From Alphaproteobacteria bacterium (GTDB lineage Bacteria > Pseudomonadota > Alphaproteobacteria > Rs-D84), in the NCBI GenBank assembly GCA_009777955.1, contig WRKW01000006.1:1866-65865 (forward strand): a DNA stretch of 64,000 nt, written 5' to 3'. Below, one piece after another: positions 9,284 to 17,729 of the stretch. The translations under genes and the position numbers were made by a program. How positions within the stretch are numbered: the stretch's first letter is position 1; every line of letters starts with the position of its first letter. The notes below the pieces were generated by a model. It made no database searches. It worked only from the letters and a program-made list of their open reading frames with translations, and was not told the origin of the DNA.

Positions 9284-10231
9284 TTATGCGGTTCTTGAAT
9301 AATTTCCGCTTAAAAAATTTACCAGAAATCTATTCGCAATAGTACCTTTTTCTTTTGCCATATAGCTTAAAGGTAATCTGCAACAGTCATGTTTAATAAG
9401 CCCCATACGCATTCCAATATATTTGATTGGTACGGGGTTCGAATCTATGAATGCCAGCTCTGCAAGTCCGGCAAGCATTTTATTTATTTCCTCTGCCTTT
9501 GAAATATCCCCGGCATGCATAGCATCGGTCAAGGCCTTTACCTGTCTGGGTACGACATTGGATATTACAGAAATAACACCATCACCGCCGGCCTGCATTA
9601 CTTTGAAAGTCAGACCGTCGTCCCCGGACAAGACAGAAAACTCCCTGCCCTTTGCAATCATCGGATTTTTAATTTCGTTTATAACACGATCTATATGATC
9701 TATGTTGCCAGAGGCCTCTTTTACACCAAATATGTTTGGAATCTGGACAAGTTCCTTGTATTCTTCGATGGTGATACCACGACCGGTACGACCCGGAACA
9801 TTATAAATTATGATGGGAATGGGGATTTCCGCAAGCATCTCGAAGCTTTTTATCAGCCCCGCAGTATTCGGTTTTACATAATAAGGCACCACTACCATGG
9901 CGGCGTTTGCACCGGCCTCGTACGCGCGCCAAGTATTATCCCGCGCTGTATACGGATTAATATCCCCCGTTCCAATGATAAGTTTTACATCTCTGTCGCT
10001 TTCGGCTATGGATTCTTTTGCCGTCTTTACCAGACGGTTTTTTTCACGGGTATCCAGTTGCGGGGTTTCGGCCGTGGTACCAAGAACGACCAGTCCGTCT
10101 ACCCCCCAGTTGATTTGATATTTTAAAAGCTTTTCAAACCCTGCATAATCCACAGAGAATTCTTTTTTCACACGCGAATTCGGGTTCATAGGGGTAAAAA
10201 GGGCGGTATATGTCCCTTGGAACATACTCAT
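9284..10231 (-). CDS. dapA: 4-hydroxy-tetrahydrodipicolinate synthase
   Basis: GTTAE, PYYVKP, IIIYNVPGRTG, GVKEASG, SGDD, NPVPIK. Confidence 0.9.
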   Translation of the reverse strand: MSMFQGTYTALFTPMNPNSRVKKEFSVDYAGFEKLLKYQINWGVDGLVVLGTTAETPQLDTREKNRLVKTAKESIAESDRDVKLIIGTGDINPYTARDNTWRAYEAGANAAMVVVPYYVKPNTAGLIKSFEMLAEIPIPIIIYNVPGRTGRGITIEEYKELVQIPNIFGVKEASGNIDHIDRVINEIKNPMIAKGREFSVLSGDDGLTFKVMQAGGDGVISVISNVVPRQVKALTDAMHAGDISKAEEINKMLAGLAELAFIDSNPVPIKYIGMRMGLIKHDCCRLPLSYMAKEKGTIANRFLVNFLSGNYSRTA

Positions 10232-10289
10232 GGAGAATCCTTTTGTTTCTCCCTCTCTATCGGGATCTTATACTTATTAAAGATGTATT

Positions 10290-10805
10290 TCAACTGTTTT
10301 TCGCACAATGTCTTTTGATGCTTTCTATAATGATTTTTTCGGCCCTCACCCGGTCGCCCCAACCCATTACTTCCGACCATTTTTTCGGATCCATATCTTT
10401 ATAATGCTTGAAAAAATATTCTATTTTATGCCGCAGTATCAATGGTAAGTTTTTTACCGATTTCACATCACGGAAAAAGGGATCTACTGTACCACCCGGA
10501 ACGCAAATGATTTTTTCATCGCCGCCGGCCTGATCTTTCATGATAAGGACACCTATGGGACGCACTTCGATAAGGCATCCCGGAATCAGCGCGGCGTTAC
10601 TTACCACTACTGCATCAAGCGGATCGCCATCGTCACCCAGGGTTTCCGTAAAATATCCATAATTGGCGGGATAGGCAAGCGGGGTATGCAAAATCCTGTC
10701 AACCCGAAGCAAACCGGACTTTTTGTCGATTTCATATTTGACCTGTCCGTTTTCTGGAACTTCTATGATTACAGTAAGATGTTTTGATAAAATTTTGGCT
10801 GTCAT
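10290..10805 (-). CDS. ppa: Inorganic pyrophosphatase
   Basis: VKYEIDK, YPANYG, DGDPLD, FFKHYKD. Confidence 0.95.
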   Translation of the reverse strand: MTAKILSKHLTVIIEVPENGQVKYEIDKKSGLLRVDRILHTPLAYPANYGYFTETLGDDGDPLDAVVVSNAALIPGCLIEVRPIGVLIMKDQAGGDEKIICVPGGTVDPFFRDVKSVKNLPLILRHKIEYFFKHYKDMDPKKWSEVMGWGDRVRAEKIIIESIKRHCAKNS

Positions 10806-10872
10806 GGCAAATTCCTTTAAAGGAACTATACCACAGATTTCCGAATTTTTCCAGTGGTGGCGAAATAAGACC

Positions 10873-11991
10873 TTACATTCTCATCGGCATAAGTATGAAC
10901 AAAGAATCTGTTTTTTTATCCGTGGACTGGAACACGGTCGGTGCAAGCGGATCCTGCATCGCCAGCTGGAGTTTTTCGCCAGCAACCTGACCAGAAATAT
11001 CCAAAAGGAATTTTACATTGAATGCGATGTTAAATGTTTCGTCGCCATTGTATTCTATATCCAGTTCCTGGGTCGCGGCACCAAAATCAGGACTGCTTGC
11101 CGTTGCGACCAGCTTGTTCATTGAAAATGCCAATTGGACGGACTTTGTCTTGTCCGCAGATGCAACAGATACCAAATCGACCGAAGATATGAATTGCTTT
11201 CTGTTAAGGGTCGCTATCTTATCGTTTCCTTTTGGAATTACTACGCGATAATTCGGATACTGGGCATCGACCAGTTTGGAAGTAAGGGTTGCGGCACCAA
11301 CGGTAAAGCGCGCCTTGGTATCTGAAAGTTCCACCGTGACATCGTCGACCGTCGCGTCTTCCAGAAGTTTCGACAATTCCCCGATTACACGGCGCGGAAG
11401 TATGACCGCGGGCATTTCGGCCGAACCTTCGGGTGCGGGCATGGCACATAATGCCATACGCTGGGAATCGGTCGCAACCGCGGTCAGCATTTTTTTGCTG
11501 CCCTCTTCTGTTATATGGAAATATATTCCACCCAGGTGATAACGTACATCATCTGTCGGGATTGCAAACTTTGTCTGGTTTACAAGATGTCCCAAATCGC
11601 CGGTAGTCATGGTAAACTTTGTAGTCAAATGCGCGCCGGCCATCATCGGGAAGTTTTCAGCGGGCAAAGTGGGTAATTTAAATACGGCACGATTGGCAGA
11701 TATAACAAGCTGATCGCCAGACATCTTGAATTTAATTTCAGCATCATCCGGAAGTTTTCGCACTATGTCATACAGCATATGGACGGGTACGGTCGTCTTG
11801 CCGCCAAGCGTAATATCGGCGGCAACATGTTCTACCAGTTCCAAATCCACGTTGGTCGCGGAAAGAACCAGATCATCCTTTACCTCTAACTTTACATTCA
11901 TCAAAATCGGAAGGGTTGCCCGCCGTTCCACAATAGACTGCATGTGGCCAAGAGCCCGTATCAAAACCTGACGAAATACTGAAAATTCCAT
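10873..11991 (-). CDS. dnaN: DNA polymerase III beta clamp
   Basis: VERRATLPILMNV, ATNVDLE, VATDSQRMA, C-terminal LMPMR. Confidence 0.95.
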   Translation of the reverse strand: MEFSVFRQVLIRALGHMQSIVERRATLPILMNVKLEVKDDLVLSATNVDLELVEHVAADITLGGKTTVPVHMLYDIVRKLPDDAEIKFKMSGDQLVISANRAVFKLPTLPAENFPMMAGAHLTTKFTMTTGDLGHLVNQTKFAIPTDDVRYHLGGIYFHITEEGSKKMLTAVATDSQRMALCAMPAPEGSAEMPAVILPRRVIGELSKLLEDATVDDVTVELSDTKARFTVGAATLTSKLVDAQYPNYRVVIPKGNDKIATLNRKQFISSVDLVSVASADKTKSVQLAFSMNKLVATASSPDFGAATQELDIEYNGDETFNIAFNVKFLLDISGQVAGEKLQLAMQDPLAPTVFQSTDKKTDSLFILMPMRM

Positions 11992-12083
11992 GACTTTACC
12001 TTTTACTTGTTCCTTTTATTCTCTCTTATATTTGGAATATTACCAATAATCCCCGATTCGGGGCAAGGGGAAAATCTGGAACA

Positions 12084-12134
12084 GGGTAAGGCGTGGGTAC
12101 GTGAGTTACGTAAGGCGTAAGGCGTGAGACGTAA
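12084..12134 (+). repeat. Degenerate heptamer tandem repeat (CGTAAGG-like)
   Basis: ggtaaggcgtgggtacgtgagttacgtaaggcgtaaggcgtgagacgtaa. Confidence 0.55.
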
Positions 12135-12135
12135 T

Positions 12136-12479
12136 GTGTCATTGCGAGTGGCCAAAGACCGCGAAGCAATCTTTTCCGGCATTCCGTGTCATTGCGAGTG
12201 GTCAAAGACCACGAAGCAATCTTTTCAAATATTTTGTGTCATTGCGAGTGGTCAAAGACCACGAAGCAATCTTTTCAGATATTTTGTGTCATTGCGAGTG
12301 GTCGAAGACCACGAAGCAATCTTTTCAGGCAAGGGAATTATTATACTTCCCCTGTCGGAAACGATTGCTTCGTCCGCCTGACGGCGTGACTCGCAATGAC
12401 ACGAAATGTCGGAAAAGATTGCTTCGTCCGTCACCGCAAGCGGTGACGCGACTCGCAATGACACCAGACTGCAATGACA
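12136..12479. repeat. REP-like palindromic array 2
   Basis: Four direct units with exact 50-bp period (12136, 12186, 12236, 12286), a core, then two inverted units. Confidence 0.92.
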
Positions 12480-12597
12480 TTAAAGGCCGAGACCCGCAAA
12501 CAGCGCCGACCGGAAGACGGAATGGAGCTGGGCGCGGATCGCGCAATCGCCCGCGCAGTCATACGCGCAATAGGACGGATCGCCGTGGCCGTACGCG
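12480..12597 (-). other. DGR-like variable region VR2
   Basis: NNC/NNT codon-restricted variation relative to other copies. Confidence 0.75.
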
Positions 12598-12971
12598 AAA
12601 ACCCAAGCCGACGAAGCGACACTAAACCCAGGAATGCTTGTAAGCTTACACCAACAGTTACTGCCGCTGTCGGCAACAGGATTACCAAAGTTAGGGTAGC
12701 TTCCAGTAGTATTAGAGCATAGGCTCGTGCCACTGAACTCTGATACATTACTTCCAGTACAGCTTCCTACTCTCCAATTCCCAAGGGATAGATTATTACA
12801 ATCACCATCAATACCAAGGGCGGAACAATAGGTCATGCCATTACTTGGACAACTGCTCGGGCTATTAGGTTTCGGTACGCACGCCACAGCGGCAATAGAC
12901 CCATGTAATGGGATTATCGTTAATACAGCAAGGATGCTTGTTAGCTTTATTGTTTTGTTAAATGTATTCAT
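12480..12971 (-). CDS. Secreted Cys-rich protein, putative DGR target copy 2
   Basis: Same architecture as copy 1; C-terminus AYGHGDPSYCAYDCAGDCAIRAQLHSVFRSALF. Confidence 0.85.
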   Translation of the reverse strand: MNTFNKTIKLTSILAVLTIIPLHGSIAAVACVPKPNSPSSCPSNGMTYCSALGIDGDCNNLSLGNWRVGSCTGSNVSEFSGTSLCSNTTGSYPNFGNPVADSGSNCWCKLTSIPGFSVASSAWVFAYGHGDPSYCAYDCAGDCAIRAQLHSVFRSALFAGLGL

Positions 12972-13049
12972 GATACTCTCTCCTTTGGGTATATTTATAT
13001 TATACCATATTCCATGACAAAGGTCAATTTGTATTTAGTCATGTAAAGT
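12972..13049 (-). promoter_or_regulatory. Conserved cassette promoter, copy 2
   Basis: TTGACC-17nt-TATAAT, AAGGAG. Confidence 0.8.
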
Positions 13050-13059
13050 AAGATGAATA

Positions 13060-13126
13060 TAGTCGATAGTAGCTAGTCGAAAGTCGATAGAAACTCTACC
13101 GACTATCGACTAACGACTTCCGACTA
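13060..13126. repeat. Inverted heptamer array (AGTCGAT)n/(ATCGACT)n
   Basis: agtcgat agtagct agtcgaa agtcgat ag aaact ct accgact atcgact aacgact tccgact, folds as a long imperfect hairpin. Confidence 0.7.
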
Positions 13127-13177
13127 TTACATATTGACAATATTAAATTTTGCACTATATTGTTTGTCAAGATGAGA

Positions 13178-14023
13178 ATGAAAACTCTATTTTTACGGCT
13201 TTTGGTTGGCGCAATCTGTGCCACAGGACAATTTTTGGCCATTCAACCGGCATGGGCAATCGATAACCATGTCGGACCAACGGGATGGATTCATCTCTAC
13301 CTGGGCGTAAATCTGGCTTTTTCGAAATATACCGAACCAAGCATAGATATATCGCACAAAACCACATATTTTCCCGGATTCATAGCAAAGCTGGCAATTG
13401 ATAATCCAGAAATACTTCCCTTTTTTGCCATGGCTCAATACAAGAATCAAAGCGGAACTTATAATTATTATGGATATATCCAAGATCTGCGTGGCAAACG
13501 AATGACATATTCCGATAGTGCCCTGCCCGTATCAAAACAAGATTTTGAATTCATATCTGGCCCTATTTTTGGCATGGTAAAATTATTCAGCGGAATCCAA
13601 TATGAACATTACACTGACAGGGCATACACCACGAACGATTATTTTTATAAAAGAGAACGCCAATCCTGGTACTGGATTGCCGGTGCCGGAATCCGCTATA
13701 AGTTAGAAGATTATCGTATCATAGATCTGACCGGAAAGGCAAAACCATTAATATGGTCGCGGCATGACAGTCATCTATCAAGCCTGGGCGGGGTATGGTC
13801 AAATGCACCGACAATAAAGCAAAAACAACCGCACGGATTCAGATTCGATCTGTCGGCAAAGTATCAATACGAGATGCTTTGGATCGAGCCATATTTCTCG
13901 CACACCAGAATCGGTGCAACCGAATTTGAATCATTTACATTTGGTTCTGGATTCAAAGCAAAGATACAAGAACCCGCAAATAGAACGAACGAGATTGGAA
14001 TCAATATCGGGATACGGTTCTGA
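13178..14023 (+). CDS. Putative outer-membrane beta-barrel protein
   Basis: Signal peptide (..PAWA), alternating aromatic beta strands, C-terminal GINIGIRF BAM-type signal; start uncertain. Confidence 0.65.
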   Translation: MKTLFLRLLVGAICATGQFLAIQPAWAIDNHVGPTGWIHLYLGVNLAFSKYTEPSIDISHKTTYFPGFIAKLAIDNPEILPFFAMAQYKNQSGTYNYYGYIQDLRGKRMTYSDSALPVSKQDFEFISGPIFGMVKLFSGIQYEHYTDRAYTTNDYFYKRERQSWYWIAGAGIRYKLEDYRIIDLTGKAKPLIWSRHDSHLSSLGGVWSNAPTIKQKQPHGFRFDLSAKYQYEMLWIEPYFSHTRIGATEFESFTFGSGFKAKIQEPANRTNEIGINIGIRF

Positions 14024-14069
14024 CCAGCAAATAACACAGCCAGTCTTTGATAAATTAAGCCTGTTGGTC

Positions 14070-16154
14070 TTAATAGCTGACGGTTCCCAGCATTTCATCC
14101 ACCAATATTTCCACCGGTCTATTAAGAAATTCGGGATCGCCCTTTTGTGCGGGCGCGCCCCTTTCAAGCGCGGTTTTGCACGGATGGTCATCCGCAAGCC
14201 AATTGGTCAAAAGATCACTGGTCAATAATCCAACCCCCGCACCCGCCGCAATTGATAACCCGCCCGTAAACGGTGCCAAAATCAATCCCACACTGGTCGC
14301 GGCAACCGCCCTGTTCATAATCGCACTGCGGTTTATCTTTAAATCAGGCTCTGCTATATTACCAGAAAACTCCATCGAATTTATAACATTCCCAGATATG
14401 GAAATCTTCAATCCCCGTACCGGTGTCGTGACTATCGAAGCTTGCAAACGCTCTGCCCCCAGGTCGACAAAACCCTGGGCGCGAATATTTACTTCCGTGG
14501 TCTCGATGGCGACACCGCGTTCGGTTTCCATATTTCCATTGCGCAGCTTTATGTTGGTCGCGGCACAGTTTATACGCATAGTATCGCGTTTATCCCTGGT
14601 AACAATATCAGTGACATTGTGGCGTACCGCGGTAAGAAAATCTTTGCCATAAAAATATTCCGCCGAATCGGATAACGCATATCCCGAACCGACCGAATAG
14701 ACTTTTATCGGTCCGGTCACGTTCGACATCAAACCGGAAAGATCCGCCCCGTGGCTTTCAAGATAAAAATCAAACGAAGCGGGCAATCCAGACAAGAAAT
14801 TATACTCGCGAATTCCATGCAGTATTCCCATGGTCATTATATTTCGTCCCCGGCCGGACGCGCGCGCGCGCAAAACACCCCTGTCATCGTATGCTTTGGC
14901 CACTGCGGTTACATCGCCGCCCATGGCCTTGCCCTTGAAATCGACATCCAGCATCCCATTTTGTATATTAACATCCGCCAATATATTCTGAAAGGCCAGT
15001 TCCCGATAAACAATAATATTCCCTATGTCCAAATTTATTTTGCAATCGCAGGCCCGCAGCATTTCAGAATAAAGCGGCACATCTTTGAATACATTAAGAT
15101 CCCGGTTCGGCCGCACCCATTTTGATCCGCTGGCATACAGTTCTGGAAATACTTCGGTCATCATAAAGTTTTGGGATTTAAGTTTCAATGCCGCGACGGG
15201 AATAGAAGCTTTCCAATCAAATTCGCCCGATAGAGATAAATCGGTTTGGCCAAATTTTATCGACGATTTATGCAAGGTAAGCTTTTGATGGCCGAACCCA
15301 CCGGAAATATTTACATTGAATTTCGGCGTTTCCGGCAAATCCAGATTCAACAATTTCCCCATAGAATGCAAATTCGCAACCGTACCGGTTATTATAAAGT
15401 CTATCGGTATCTTGCTGGTCGCTTCCAGTGCGGCGTTTATAACCAATGGCGATATCCGGCTTGCGATGGCTATACGCACAGGATATACCTTGCGCGCTTC
15501 ATCCAGCCCTGAAAACGCGGCAATAAATGAATAGTCTTCCCCGTCTTTTTCTATAAATCCACTATATTCGATTCTTTCGGATGATTTTTTATATTTCACG
15601 CGGACGGCGGATAAAGACCATTTTTCATGCGAATCGGGTGTTATGACGGTAACCTGGGGGTTTATTAATTCCAATATCTCAAGCCCGATGTCAAAATCAA
15701 ACGGGAATTTGTTATCCGGCGATTCCCAACTTCCATCCCCTGATTCCCGGATTATCGACCATTCGCCTTTATCGTTTTGTTCAATATTTACCTGCATATT
15801 TATCAGACGCAAATCCTGCATAATCGGACGGTCGGAAAACACGGAAAACAAATTCAGTGTAACAACAATAGCGTCTATCCGCACGGCATCCGGGTTTTGC
15901 GCCCAGTCGGCATTCGCAATTCGCACATCTTGCAACGTCGCGCGCGGACGCAGGGAAAGCTTCCATGAAACCTTTCCAGTAATTTCAACCGGCACCCCGG
16001 TCGCGACCGACAGCCCGGCGGCTATATCATTACGCAAAGTTTCAAGGTTAACTTTTGTAAGGGCGATTACAAGCGATACGACCAGCCCGGTAAATGCAAG
16101 CCCGAACGCGCGGATAATCAACGGAAAAAGACCGTATTTTTTTTTCTCTTTCAT
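14070..16154 (-). CDS. AsmA family protein
   Basis: N-terminal TM anchor, VRIANADWA, INCAATNIKLRNG, RAQGFVDLGAERL, FSGNIAEPD. Confidence 0.8.
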   Translation of the reverse strand: MKEKKKYGLFPLIIRAFGLAFTGLVVSLVIALTKVNLETLRNDIAAGLSVATGVPVEITGKVSWKLSLRPRATLQDVRIANADWAQNPDAVRIDAIVVTLNLFSVFSDRPIMQDLRLINMQVNIEQNDKGEWSIIRESGDGSWESPDNKFPFDFDIGLEILELINPQVTVITPDSHEKWSLSAVRVKYKKSSERIEYSGFIEKDGEDYSFIAAFSGLDEARKVYPVRIAIASRISPLVINAALEATSKIPIDFIITGTVANLHSMGKLLNLDLPETPKFNVNISGGFGHQKLTLHKSSIKFGQTDLSLSGEFDWKASIPVAALKLKSQNFMMTEVFPELYASGSKWVRPNRDLNVFKDVPLYSEMLRACDCKINLDIGNIIVYRELAFQNILADVNIQNGMLDVDFKGKAMGGDVTAVAKAYDDRGVLRARASGRGRNIMTMGILHGIREYNFLSGLPASFDFYLESHGADLSGLMSNVTGPIKVYSVGSGYALSDSAEYFYGKDFLTAVRHNVTDIVTRDKRDTMRINCAATNIKLRNGNMETERGVAIETTEVNIRAQGFVDLGAERLQASIVTTPVRGLKISISGNVINSMEFSGNIAEPDLKINRSAIMNRAVAATSVGLILAPFTGGLSIAAGAGVGLLTSDLLTNWLADDHPCKTALERGAPAQKGDPEFLNRPVEILVDEMLGTVSY

Positions 16155-16162
16155 GTTCTTTA

Positions 16163-17170
16163 TCACGATTCTTCAAATCCCAGCAACGCCGTGGCACTTT
16201 TCATAAATTCCGGCAACGGGGCACGAATTGTCACATTTTTCCCCGTCCGTGGATGCCGAAATGCAAGCCTGTGCGAAAGCAGGAATAATCTATCGCCTTC
16301 CATCATCGTTTTCAACCTGTTATCCGTTTTTCGCGGACGACCATACAATCTATCACCAACTATCGGCGCGCCCAACGACAGGGCTGCATGCATGCGAAGC
16401 TGATGTGTACGCCCCGTATCCGGCATGAACTGTACCCAAGACAGCGCGCCAAATTTACCATTTTCCCCCGTAACTTCGCCCAGAATTTTGTACCTGGTAA
16501 CAGCACGATGGGGTTTAAAGCCTGTCTGAGCCTTGAAAATTTCGGCTTCTTCTGCATCCATAACATGCCCTTTGGATACAAAATTGTCGATTGTACCGCG
16601 TTTTTTACCAACAGAACCAGACAGTAAAGCCAGATATTCTTTACCCGCAGTTTTTGATTGGAACTGTCCGGAAAGAATCTGTGCCGCCGATTGATTTTTG
16701 GCCAAAACAATCGCTCCGCTGGTTTCCCTATCCAAACGATGCACCAAAAGGACAGTACTGTGCGGAAACAAAGCCGCCGCCATCTTGTCCAGGGACTTTG
16801 ATATTCCTGTTCCACCCTGGCTGGCCAAACCAGCGGGTTTGTTGAACACTACTATATCATCGTCATCGTGAATTATCCGTTGCCGCAGTTTTTCAAGATC
16901 TGCCAAAGAAAAATTTCCGCCGGATCCCGTTCTTGATTTTTCATTTCCCGGTTTCAGGGCGGCACCCTGTGCCACAGGCGGCACACGAATCATATCATTC
17001 GCATGCAAGATTTCGCCCCCACGGACACGACCGGCATTCACGCGTATTTGTCCCGTACGGCAAAGTTTTCTGAATTCTCCCTGGGACAACCGCGGATAGT
17101 GCCGCGAAAACCAGCGCATCAATCTGATTCCTTCCTCTGTCGGGGAAACTTTTGTCGGCTGTATGCTCAC
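16163..17170 (-). CDS. RluA/RluC family 23S rRNA pseudouridine synthase
   Basis: S4-like N-terminus, NKPAGL, VHRLDRETSG, TGRTHQLRMH, PIVGDRLYG. Confidence 0.9.
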   Translation of the reverse strand: MSIQPTKVSPTEEGIRLMRWFSRHYPRLSQGEFRKLCRTGQIRVNAGRVRGGEILHANDMIRVPPVAQGAALKPGNEKSRTGSGGNFSLADLEKLRQRIIHDDDDIVVFNKPAGLASQGGTGISKSLDKMAAALFPHSTVLLVHRLDRETSGAIVLAKNQSAAQILSGQFQSKTAGKEYLALLSGSVGKKRGTIDNFVSKGHVMDAEEAEIFKAQTGFKPHRAVTRYKILGEVTGENGKFGALSWVQFMPDTGRTHQLRMHAALSLGAPIVGDRLYGRPRKTDNRLKTMMEGDRLFLLSHRLAFRHPRTGKNVTIRAPLPEFMKSATALLGFEES

Positions 17171-17182
17171 TTTGTCTTCTGA

Positions 17183-17668
17183 TTAATTATACATAATCCT
17201 TATTGTATTTTTTCCTTCCCCGGCATCACATTCGGCGGGATCTGCAACTGCGCCCCCCTGTCTGCCGTCAGATATCCGGAACCCTATGGAATCGCCCCAT
17301 GCCTTTGTCTTGAAATACTGGCAATCGGACTTATTCAAGCCAGCGATGGAAAGTATGAATTGTCGCGGATCAGACGGATTCGCAGCAAGAATATAATCGC
17401 CGTTATATGGATTCTTGCTGGATACGCCGATGGCGGCAAATATAGTGCTGTTGCTTATCCCGGAATAATCATCATATTCGCCAAGCAATGCACGAACCCC
17501 GGTAACTATCTGCGCGACTTCGTCTTGAACCGCCGTCCTTTTCTGGCTGCGCATAGCGGCCGAAATCATTGCAACCGCACCAACGGTTATTATGCCCATG
17601 ATGGCCAACACGCCCAGCATTTCTATCATACTGCGGCCGCTTTCTTGATTATGGATTTTTATATTCAT
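17183..17668 (-). CDS. Type IV pilin-like protein (class III signal peptide)
   Basis: ESG-RSMIEMLGVLAIMGII prepilin motif with E5; NPYNG and Cys pair as in type IVb pilins. Confidence 0.75.
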   Translation of the reverse strand: MNIKIHNQESGRSMIEMLGVLAIMGIITVGAVAMISAAMRSQKRTAVQDEVAQIVTGVRALLGEYDDYSGISNSTIFAAIGVSSKNPYNGDYILAANPSDPRQFILSIAGLNKSDCQYFKTKAWGDSIGFRISDGRQGGAVADPAECDAGEGKNTIRIMYN

Positions 17669-17729
17669 TTTTGTCCCCTTGTCTTTTTGTTTCCTTCTTG
17701 TATATAATGTTATCATAAACGAAATAATT

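Noticed and set aside
12136-12330. Regular 50-bp repeats resembling a CRISPR array
   Set aside because: Intervening segments are short and near-identical rather than unique spacers, units also occur inverted, and no cas genes are present.
12124-12748. Multiple overlapping ORFs over repeat arrays (also 6182-6692, 27087-27464, 48775-49260)
   Set aside because: Translations such as CHCEW/SLRV/VIAS are artefacts of the palindromic repeats or antisense to the real gene.
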